Below, in pieces: positions 1 to 10,334 of a stretch of DNA of 64,000 nt. The translations under genes and the position numbers were made by a program. The stretch comes from Prorocentrum cordatum (taxonomy: Eukaryota), in NCBI GenBank assembly GCA_963575745.1, contig CAUYUJ010000159.1, positions 496,001 to 560,000 on the forward strand, written 5' to 3'. The notes beneath the pieces are model-generated. The model was not told the origin of the DNA and ran no database searches. It saw only the letters and a list, made by a program, of their open reading frames with translations. The first letter of the stretch is position 1; every line of letters begins with the position of its first letter.

Positions 1-37
1 CGCACGGGGAGGAACATGGCACGACCCACCCCCGCAC

Positions 38-214
38 CGTGGTAAGCTGCTTGATCTTCACCTCGAACTCGGCCTCGCCGATCCTCTTCTGCAGGAGGGA
101 CACGTTGGCGCTGGTCATCGCCTCCCTGTAGAACGTCTCCTTGTCCATCTCCGTCTTTACCTCCCCCCGCAGATGCGGCCCGCGCCAGTCCCACCCCCCT
201 CCTCGCTGCCGTCC
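38..214 (-). CDS. Internal exon of an unidentified host gene (GRQRGGGWDWRGPHLRGEVKTEMDKETFYREAMTSANVSLLQKRIGEAEFEVKIKQLTT)
   Basis: 177-nt open frame with GC3-rich codons, CAG acceptor at 215-217 and GTGCGG donor starting at 37; phase 0-0. Confidence 0.55.
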
Positions 215-399
215 CTGCGTCGAAGCTTAGGTTGAGAACGAGTGCCCAAATGTCAGAGCTAGGGTCGAGAACGAATCCCACCAGCCCTCTGGGCGGAGGT
301 GGTCTAGCGTGTTTCGTTTGCCAACCTCTCCCTGCTCGGGGGGGGGCCCCCTCCCAGCCTCTGGGCGGCGAGGGCAGCGATGTGTCAGAGGGTCCTTGT

Positions 400-990
400 G
401 GGCTCCAGATGGCCCCACGAGAGCCTCAGAGAGCCCAAGATGGTCTCCAAGATGGCCCAACATACCTCAAGCTGGCTCAGGGTAGCCTCCGACACGCATC
501 CAATATGCTCTACGACGGCTCCAAGGCGGTTTCAAGCGCCCTCCGAGCCCTCCAAGGACCACTCCAAGGGGCCAACATGATTCCAACACTTAGGGAACAA
601 TGTTTTTGGCTTTGGTGCCGTTTCGCGTCCGATGTGCTCTTCAGGCGTCAAGATGGGCCCACGATGGCCGAAAGGGAGTTCCCAGAGACGCCCAAGAGGG
701 CACCAAGAGCGCCCAGCAGCGCTCCGAGAGCGACCCAACAGAGGCCCAAGACGGCAGGTGTGTGTCTCCGAGGGGGGGCGATGTGAATTGAGACCAGCCT
801 TGTTTGATCTATGCGGCCTAAGACGGCTTCTAGAGGCCTCCCAGCCCCCCCAAAGAGCCCCAAGAGGGCCCTAAGACGCCCCAAGAAGCCCCACCAATGC
901 CCTAAGAGGACCTCAAGAGAGCACCAAGAAAGAGCACCAGGAAGCCCCAAGAGGGGCCCAAGAGAGTACCAAGAGAGCCCCACGATGCCT
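400..990. repeat. Degenerate CCAAGA-rich low-complexity repeat
   Basis: Recurrent ccaagagggcc/ccaagagc/ccaagacg units. Confidence 0.6.
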
Positions 991-2027
991 CCAAGTTTCG
1001 GAACGCACACGAGTTTAAGATACAAATCAGTGCAAGAGCCATTACGAGTCATCGAAACACCCATCACCCCTCATCGAATCACCATCGTAGATTGCACCGA
1101 TGTCCATCTTAAACTTCAATGCGGGAAGTCATGTGTGACACTTGTTTTTTTCCGAAGACTGCTGCGCGAATGCATGCGTCATGCCGCTCCTGATTCACCA
1201 ACTCCCCTGCTGATCGTTTCTGGATGGGCCAGTTGGGACACGCGAAGCGTCAATCATTTCCGATTGCCTGATGCCCATCTAACAGATCGCGGGGATATGA
1301 GTGCGAACGATGGAGACGATGAGCAAGAAGAGGGCGAGGAAATAGGGCGTGGGAGAGGAGCGACCAGGATGGGACATCTGACATGTCAAGGTGGTGTTGT
1401 TATGATGAGGACGTGGGCACGATGCAGTGAGGGAAATATAATGATGGCAAGGGCGAGATAATTTGCTGTCTAGGGGGACCATCGCCGCGCGCACCTGAGG
1501 GCACATCGCCCCCCCGCCTTCGTTACTCAAACCACCCTCACGCCGAATGTGTTTCATTTAGTGGCGCTCCGAGATGGATCAGTCCCTGTTTGACGGGCTC
1601 GCGACTAGATCGAGAGGGTTACGCATGAGGTCTCAGATTGATGATGCTGTATATGCACCGATTCGCTGCGATATCTAGAGGTTGACATGATGACGCGCAT
1701 GATTTCGGTTATGGGACATGTGGTGATGGATGCGCTAATGGTGAACGATATGCTTGATCGTGTGGATGGTAATGACGGCTACAAGGCGAGCGGACATCAC
1801 GAGGAGGAGAGGTGATTTAAAGGACGTGGATGCGGAGGATCGATGATGCTGACATCTGCTATGGTCGGTGCCGACGGCGGAAATAGCCGTTCTCCTGCGC
1901 ACAGCTCGCTGTGTCTGTTGAGTGCATACCGCGAAAACACGCGACTGGCTGTCGTGCATTGCGATGTGCAATGCAAGCGTAAAATATCAATGTGTGGCGT
2001 GCGGCGTGCGGTGGCATCTCGGCCACA

Positions 2028-4138
2028 CTAGAACATGCCCACAGTCTCCACCGCGTCAAACAGCCCGCCGCCCGAGCCGAAAATCTCTGCCATCGGATCG
2101 GTGTTGGCCACACTTGATCCTGCAGCGCCACTGCCGCCAACGGATGGCGGAGGGTCGGGTGAAGCAGAGCGGCTCGCTCTGACTTTCTTGGCGGGCGGCG
2201 AGCACGGATCCACTGGCGCTGGACGCACCTGCTGCGGGCCGACCTTCGCGGGGGGGGACTTGACGGAGCGGCGCCTCTTGACGCGGTCTGGCGGCGAACC
2301 GGCCGTGGCTGGCGGCCTAGCTGGTGGCGAGCTCGCCGTTGGAGGCGCTGGAAGGCGCTCAGGAGTGGCACGATTCGCTGGCGCCTGCACGTCCGTGTCC
2401 AATGATGCTGCAGGCCTCTTTTTGAATGCGCCATCCTTGGCGCGAGCCTTGGCGTGCGCCTTGGCGCCCGCCGTGGCGCCCACCGCGGCGCGCTTACCAG
2501 CGCGCATCTTGGTGGGCGCCTTCTCCCCGCCCTCCTCGCCAGACTCCTTGGCGGGCTTCCTGCCAGCACTGGGCGCCGCCTTCGCATCAGCATCACTCTC
2601 GACTGCATCTGCCTCGTCCTCCTCGCCCTCCTCCTCCTCCTCCTCATCGCCAGCGGCCTCTCCCTCCTCGCAGCTCTGGTTGCCGTCGTCGGCGGGCTCC
2701 GCGTCATCCTGCGCCTCCTCATCGCACATCTTCATTGGTGGCGCCTTGGCAGCTGGTCGTTTCGATGCAGATGGCTTCTTCATCGGCACCTCGAGCGTCT
2801 GCCTGTACGCTTGGATGTAGTTGCGCTTGACAATCTCGATGTCCTGCTTGCTCGTCGTCCCAGCTGCCAACTTTTTCATCTCGCCGAGCAGCATCTCCTC
2901 GTGGCCTGTCATGCCGTCTTGAACCTGGAAATTCACAACCATTTTCTTTTTGGTGCCATCCTTGAACATCTGCCAGATCCCCATCTCTGGGCTGCCCTTC
3001 CTGGACCACTTGCTGAGCTGCAGCTTGTCGCTCTTGCGCTCGATCTCCAACAAGATGCCGCTCCCCTTCCTCTGCTTGAGGTCGCCGTTGTCCGCCCAGC
3101 CACGCATGCACTCGTAGGTGAGCCCAGGGATCGCGTGCTCCGTGCCGTCCTTGAACTTTGCGACGACCTCATGGTGGCCAGGGGCGTCTCCTGTATCCAC
3201 GAGCGGCAGGCTGTACTCTGGAGCGGGGTTGGACTTGCTCGCGTCCAGGCGGTAGACGGCCTCAAGAGGCCGAAGCTACAGAGATGGAAGTGGCGTGCCA
3301 AGAGGGCAACTGCCTCGCAGCCCTTCTAGCGCGCCATTTCCATCCGAGTCGGGTTGCACCCGCTGTCCTTATTGACCAGGTCGATCTTGTATTCGTACGA
3401 CTTCTCCTCAACAGGCTACCACATGGGCGATATGACAAAGTCGGTTCAGTGAGGGTGGTTCCATGGCCCCAGGGATTGGATGAGTGGCCTGGCAGGAGGG
3501 GGCATCCTGGGCCCATAGGGCCCACCCTCATTGATCCTCTTTCCCCCCATCGCCCATCTAAGGTAATGCCTATTGATTGCTCGTTGGCTCCGCATTCTCG
3601 AGGTCCCTCCACTGCTGGACGAACGGCATGACCCACGAGGCGCTTTCTGGACAATCATGTGTCCTACTTCGGGGAATCCCGCCTCGATCCTAACACATTT
3701 GCGCACGTGGGGCGCGCGCCCTGAACTGCGCGCGCGCCAGCACGTGCGCAAATGCGTTAGGATTGAAGCAAGCTTCGCCGAAGTCCTGCGATGCTTGTTC
3801 TTGATCACTCCCTGCTGCGCGTGCCGCATCATCGAGCGAAACATTCTCGACGCTCTCTCCGCCCAGCTGGTCTCCTGGTCCGCGAGGTTCCAGCCCGAGC
3901 CGTTAGCCTCCAGCACTTGCTGGAACAGCTCTGCCCCCGTCGATTGGGAGATGCTGGTCTGGGGGAACATGGCCTGGCGCGCCTCGAGGACCAGCTCCTG
4001 CCACTCGGTGATCGCTGCTGTGTCGCACTCGGCCTCGAGGTCGTCAGCGTGCGAGAACTCGTCGGCATCTGAGAAGTGCTTCGTCAGCACCTCAAGCAAA
4101 CGAGTCGTGTCCTCGCATCGCAGGCGCTTGGCCGGCAT
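2028..4138 (-). CDS. Spliced gene (possibly a pseudogene) for a hypothetical protein with KRPAA/KKPSA basic motifs and an acidic tract
   Basis: Exons about 4138-3786, 3663-3570, 3416-3368 and 3260-2028. Removing GA-AG introns 3664-3785 and 3261-3367 joins frames (...KNKHRR|THDCPESASWVMPF... and ...KSYEYKIDLVNK|AVYRLDASKSNPAPEY...). The middle junction needs a CAG>TAG change and is uncertain. Confidence 0.55.
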
Positions 4139-4822
4139 GGCGCCCAGCACGGCGCCTCTGCACAGCCTGAAAAAAGGCTGCGGGTGACGGCGATGATCTG
4201 AGCGTGACACGCACGGATCACCGTGGATGGTGATGGGGGCGATGCGCTTAGGGGTGAAGAGAGGAGAAGACATTGGACGAGGAGGGGCAGGATGTGGAAG
4301 GGGTGGCGAAGGATGGCGAGGGTGAGGTGGGGGAAGTGAGATGGGCAGGCGGGCGGTGGCGCGATGAAAGGTGATGCTGAGGGGGGACAGGGTGACGATG
4401 AGAACGACTGCGCCGAGCAAACCAGTAAACTGCGCGACACCTCCAACTGGTATCGACCAATCGAAGCTGAGGAGGACCTTATCGCTGCCCTCTCGAGAAC
4501 ACATGCCACCCCCACCCCCTACATGCACGGGACTACACCGTGGGCGCGAGCCGTTCACCCAGAGAGGAAACGATTGTATCGTGTGACGGGTGCGTTGGGG
4601 CTCCTCGCAGATACGCACGTTTTTGGAGCTTGGTAGACGCACGCCTTCGTAGACCACGCGCAGATGGATTTGGATGCGACTTGGACGCGCCCAGGTCGCG
4701 TCCAAGTTACATCCAAACACGAGTGGTTCACGCGGAGTCTACTATGCATGTGCCCACGTGACCCCATCCTGACTGAGAGGTGATGCGACCCCCCATCCCC
4801 TGGCACCAAGTCGTGGTTGAAG

Positions 4823-6932
4823 TCCAGGTCACCCCTGATGTCCTCTGCGTTGGCCCACTTCCACTCCTTGTCAGCAGCGATCAGCGAATCAATCGTAGTC
4901 ACCTCCCCTCGCCAGCATCTGTGCCAGTTCCGTGCATACGAGAAGGAGGCGGAGGAGGAGGAGGAGAAGGAGGAGTGGGATGAGAAGACGATGGGAAATC
5001 GTAGCGATGAGCAGTAGGTGAAGGGATAGAGTAGCAGACGGTCGAGCAACAAACAAACATTACACGCATTCAACTAGACTCCCTGAGGGAGCGCGCACAT
5101 CATCCTCGCGTGAGCCACACTCGTCTGTATCACGCACCCTTGCCTTTCCCGCGTAAGATCGTTCGCACACCAACTCCACATGTGGAGATGCGCAGATGTA
5201 GGGCGTCGGATGTAGACAGCGAAACAAATGGGTTGGGAGGGAGACCGTTGGGACGGTGATTGTTTGCTTGGAAGGGTTAGCCAATCGGATGCGAGGTGGC
5301 CAGAAAGGGGCTCATCCTCCTCCTCCTCCTCGTCCTCCTATTCCTCAGCATCCTCTATCCACCCAGTAGCCTCCATCTAATTCTCCCGCGTCCCCCCTTA
5401 CCCCTGGCCCTGTCATTTGATCCTCTATATGTGTCAACGCGTCATCCCCAAGACCCTTGACATCCTGATATCCCAACTTTCGGTGCAGCAGTCATCGGTA
5501 GCACCGCCATCTTCATCATCGTCATCTAATTACAGTCTGCATCGTCTTCATCTCCTGTGGCATGCCCTCCACCCTGCGGGGCCCTCCCCTGCTCTCCTGC
5601 GAAATGTTCTGCGTGTACAGCGTCCTGACCTTGCGGAACTCCAGCAACCATTCAGCTGCCTTCTGGACCGCCCTCTTCTTCGGCTCACCGCTGCTTGCAC
5701 GGCCCTCCTCCGCCTTCTTCGCCTTCTCGGTGCTCATGGGCTGCTCCTGCAGCTCGCCGTGCTTGGGCGTCTCGGACACCGCGTCGCCGAGCATGGTCAC
5801 CGCTGCACTTGCACCACCAGCACCGCGAGCGCCGCCACCTGCGCGACCGTCGCTGCCAGAGCCCGCCTCCATCCATGTCTCGTAGCTCACCCACGCCTGC
5901 GTCCAGGTGTCCTCCAAGGAGTGCTCCACGAAGAGGAACATGAGACAGTCCGTCATGTTGCACCACTTCGTCCAGATGCCGCCCATGACCACCGCCTTCG
6001 CCGCGTACGCGTAGGACATTTTTTGGCCCTGAGGTCCTCCGCCAAGCTTCCATGCCAGCCTCGCCAACGGCATGTAGACGCCTTTCATCTTCTGCGACTT
6101 TGTGTTGCCAACCGACTTCTCGAAGGACCGCCGCTTCTCCCACTTGTGGAACTCCCACTTCGCCCACTCCTGGCGGATCTCCTTCTTCGCAGGGTAGCCC
6201 TCCGCCTTCATGTACTTCTCCGACCATTGATTCTCGCTCTGCATCACGCGGTCCCACCGCCCAGCAATGGCATTGCCCTTCTTCTTCTCCGTGCTGAACT
6301 TGAAGCCGCCCGCCTGCAAGGACTCCCACATCATGCGCTCCTCACGCTCGAACGCCGTCTCCTGGACCTCGGGCTGGGCGTCGAGCTTCTTCTCGGGGCT
6401 CTCGGGGCGCATCTCGCGCAGCTTCACAATCAGCGCGCCTTTGTAGAACTTCTCGAACGTGGCGTCTACATCCTGGATGTTCGCCGTCTCGTCGGACGCC
6501 GTGAGGGTCTGGTAGGCGCGCTTCAGCTTCTCCACCAGCGAGTCCTTGGTGATGCCGACCATGTCCTCTCCCGTGAACAGCACATCACGAGCGTCTGCTT
6601 GTTGCCCGACTGGTGCTGCCTGTTGACGCTGCTCGGCTGGCGCTGGCTCTGGACGATGCTCGACTGGCGCTGGCTCTGGACGATGCTTGACTGGCGACGG
6701 CGCGCGCACAGGCGCGCGCGGCGGCGTGGGGATGCGCCGAGCCGCCGACATCGGGCTGGCCCTGGGACTGGTGGCCGCATCCACGCTCTCGGATCCACCC
6801 CTCCTGGCCCACCTCCTGAGCTTCTTGCCATCCCTTGCCGTGCCGCCGTATGCCGATCGCTTGGCGTGCAGCTGCAGATCCTCTTGAACTGGTGCTGGCG
6901 TTCCTGGATGCTGGTCGTGCTGCTGGTGCTGG

Positions 6933-6975
<43 letters not shown>

Positions 6976-7534
6976 CCGCCGCTGGTTCGCTGTTGTAGGG
7001 CAGGGTGGCGTCGTCGTCAATCTTGGCAATGATGGATCCCAACGTGTCATGCCTGTCAGGCGGTGGCGACTCAGGCGGTGGCCAATCAGGCGAATCAGGC
7101 GTCGTCATCTGCTGCTGCTGCGGGCGCCAGGTGGCCGAACGAGGCTGCGACGTCGGCGACGCTGGCGCTGGAGGCATCTGCATCATCGGCTTCGGCGCCA
7201 CCAGCGGCTCCTCGGAGGACCAATCGAGTGCAGCAGTCATGGGCTGCGTCGAGTGGCTGTCGCCCACTCGACGCAGCCCATGACTGCTGCACTCGTTTGG
7301 TCCCCTCACTCCTCGTCCGAACTGATGATCTCGGCTGCCCCCGCCGAGCCCTCGCCGCTCGCGACAGCGTAGCCGGAGGGCATGCTCGCCGTCTCCGCCC
7401 ACTCGTGTGCGTCGAAGGCCGCCTGCAACTCCGCCTCCGCCTGCACCTCCGCCTGCGCCTCCGCCTGCGTCTGGGCCTGCGTCTGGGCCTGCGTCTGCGC
7501 CTGCGTCTGCGCCTGCGTCTGGGCCTGCGTCTGG

Positions 7535-7581
<47 letters not shown>

Positions 7582-7643
7582 GCCTCTGCGTGCGCCTGCA
7601 GCTCGTTCGTGTCGGTGTCTGCCGCAGCCGCGCCCGTCTCCAC
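4823..7643 (-). CDS. Spliced gene or pseudogene for a hypothetical protein with polyQ/QA repeats and a globular-looking core (KKEIRQEWAKW...GVYMPLARLAWKLGG...WTKWCNMT)
   Basis: Strong codon bias over about 5600-6600. Intron 7211-7311 (GA-AG) joins IISSDE|EPLVAP. Intron 4903-5596 (GA-AG) joins TQNISQ|VTTIDSLIAADKEWKWANAED. Apparent frameshift in the CAG tract near 7535. Confidence 0.55.
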
Positions 7644-7767
7644 CTGGGCGGAGTGGGGCGCTTCGAGGCGAACCTAGCTGCTACGACAGCGAAGCCGACA
7701 TCATCATCGTCACCGTCACCATCACCATTACATATCCATCGCCATCACCATCACCACCATCATCGAA

Positions 7768-8107
7768 ACTGCGGAAACACCGTTAGGAAGTTGGATGCGC
7801 TTTGGACGCGGGTTGGACGCGTCCAATTTGCGTCCAACCCGCATCCGTTTTGCGAGTGGACGATGTGTTGAGTACGGGGGAACGCTAGCTCACAGCGAGG
7901 ATTAAACAGCATGATGTAACGACTAATCGTGTTGTCTTCCTCCACATCCTTGGTATCGTGCCGCCTTCTCATCCTCGCCGTGAGCCAGCGTTCCCCCTCG
8001 CTCCCAAAATTGCTTCCACTCGCAAATTGGGTGCGGGTTGGACGCAAATTGGACGCGCCCAACCCGCATCCAAGGCGCATCCAACTTCCTAACGGTGCTT
8101 CCGCAGT
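7768..8107. mobile_element. MITE-like element with ~93-bp inverted arms
   Basis: 7768-7860 and 8015-8107 are near-identical reverse complements (actgcggaa.caccgttaggaagttggatgcgc...tgcgagtgga) around a 154-bp spacer. Confidence 0.75.
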
Positions 8108-8844
8108 CGCCCCTTCGACGTGTTCTCCTCCTGCGCTTCCTTCCTTCTCCTCCTCCTCCTCCTCCTCCTCATCCTCATCCTTGTCCTCCTGCTATTCCCT
8201 TCCATCGCATGTCGCCTCCTCGAGTTCCTTCCAATTCTCACCATCTGTTATTCGATCCTCATCATTGTCTCCCTCCTCATTCGTTCGCCATCGACCTGCG
8301 TCGCCTCCTCCTCGTCCGACGTGCGCGGCGTCTCCGGGACGCCCTGCAGCGCCCGCGCCTTGGAGGAGGAGGAGGAGGGTAAGAGGTTACGTGGCACCCC
8401 GCAGTTGCAGGTACGAGTGAGGGGGGCAGGGGTCGTCGGGAGTCTGCGATGTTCAGACGAAGCCAGCCGCAGGCGCCGATTTTTGCAAACTGGGCAACAA
8501 GCCCGCCGCAGGCGCAGTTTCTCGTCAAAGCAATGCGGGCGGGTCGCTGAGTGGGTCATGCGGTTGGTCGCAGGGTGGGTCGCGGGCGAAGGCGATTACC
8601 AGAACAACAGCAACAACAACAACAAAAACAGCAGCAGCAGCAGCAACACCGACACCAACAAAACAACAGCAACAGCAACATAAACAGCGACAGCAGCAAC
8701 ACCAACGCACCGCAACAACGGAAACACAATCCGCACCGCGGAAGCCCGCATCAGCCACGCCCAGCGACAATGAATGACCGTTCGGCCCCCTCATTCTAAT
8801 TTATTACTTAAGAGAAGGGCCCCGCGCACCATCGGCACCCGCAC

Positions 8845-8927
8845 CATGAATTCGCGGATGTCCGTGAAGCGCGGGGATGGCGCGGGCGCTTTGCCCATAA
8901 GGTCCGCCTCGAACCAGATGGAGCTTG
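8845..8927 (-). CDS. Candidate host exon (SSIWFEADLMGKAPAPSPRFTDIREFM)
   Basis: GAG acceptor, GTGCGG donor, GC3-rich frame; its phase-0 end is compatible with exon 38-214. Confidence 0.35.
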
Positions 8928-9199
8928 CTCGAGGACGAGGATGAGGGGCAACGGATTCGATGAGTTCAGAAGCAACGACATGAATCTCGTTGCCCCGTTG
9001 CTCCTGAACTCATCGAATCCGAGAAGGGAAACCAACCTATGGCAAGTGTGTATAGTTTCTATGGGGTGTCGATGTGTTTTCGAAGATCCTGGAACCATAA
9101 ACTATGTTAATTCAGCTATGTTGTGTAAGGTTCTTATTTGCAAAAATCATCATGATCATAAAATAAGATCCTACATACCCGATCTTAAATTAAGATCAT

Positions 9200-9920
9200 G
9201 AGGACCTCTGGGAATCCCCACAACCGTTCGCACCACATCCCCCACCGCTATCCCCAGCACCACCGTCCACACCACCACTGTCCCCACTTTTCCCACCACC
9301 GTCCCCACTGTCCCCACCAGTGCTCCCACCACTGTCGCACTGTCCACACTGTCCCCACCACTGCCCCCAACACTGTCCCACTGTCCCCACTGTCCCCACC
9401 ACTGTCCCGCTGTCCCATCGCCACTGTTCCCACCACCACCGTCCCCAGCACTGTCCCACTTACCCCGCCACTGCCCCACTATCCCCACACCACTGTCCCC
9501 ACCACCACGGTCCCCACCACTGTCCCACTGTCCCCACTGTCCCACTGTCCCTGCCGCTGTCCCACTGAGCTGTCCCACTGTTCCCACCACTGTCCCCATC
9601 ACTCTCCCCACTGTACCCCTGTCCCACTGTGCCACCACCGTCTTCACCACCGCCCTCACCACTGTCCCAACCACCACCGTTCCCCACCACTGTCCCACTG
9701 TCCCCACTGTCCCCAGCACTGTCCCACTGTCCCCACACCACTGTCCCAACCACCGTCCCACTGTCCCCACCACTGTCCCACCACGGTCCCACTGTCCCAC
9801 TGTTCCCACCATTGTCCCCGCCGTCCCCACCAGTGCCCCCACCAGTGTCTCACTGTCCCCGCTGTCCCCACCATTGTCCCACCACGGCCCCACTCTCCCC
9901 ATTGTTCCCACTGTCCCCAC
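9200..9920. repeat. CCACTGTCC(C) minisatellite, left part of the array split by the copia insertion
   Basis: Tandem cactgtccc/ccaccac units; the same repeat resumes at 19731. Confidence 0.9.
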
Positions 9921-10069
9921 ACTGAGATTGCAGGTGTATGTCTGTTAGAAGTATTCTCAGATGCAGTAGCAGCAGTTCAGTGTGATAGATGGACAGCAAG
10001 GTTTTCCGTACTGAAACGTTCTGGCTTCAAGGAGCGGGTTTCGCGCGTTCATAGACTAAACATTTCAGT
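9921..10069 (+). repeat. 5' LTR (149 bp, ACTGA...TCAGT)
   Basis: Matches 19582-19730 with 4 substitutions counted by eye. Confidence 0.95.
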
Positions 10070-10070
10070 T

Positions 10071-10086
10071 TGGTAGCGGAGCCTGG
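10071..10086 (+). promoter_or_regulatory. Primer-binding site, probably for initiator tRNA-Met
   Basis: TGGTAGCGGAGCCTGG one base after the 5' LTR; resembles the iMet PBS TGGTA(G/T)CAGAGC. Confidence 0.85.
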
Positions 10087-10334
10087 AGTCCAGCTCCAGG
10101 CTTCCGTCCTGCCCATCGCCAGGGCATCGCGGCGCCATATCTGCTGCCGCCCCGCGCCGCCAGGCGCGCTGCTTCACCGCGGTGAACCACAGCCATCGCA
10201 TGGATATCATTAACGTGCCACTGATAATCAATATTATCTTCGTGTACATCTTCAGTTGGCTTTCATTCTCACCCTTCGTGATCCACCAGAACTTCGGGGA
10301 TCACAACTCCTTCTATCCCTACAACGACGACTCG

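Noticed and set aside
5417..7372. 651-aa plus-strand ORF and similar ORFs such as 2035-2820 and 2454-3329
   Set aside because: Antisense shadows of GC3-rich minus-strand genes.
9171..10076. His/Cys/Pro- and Val/Gly/Thr-rich ORFs
   Set aside because: Translations of the CCACTGTCC minisatellite.
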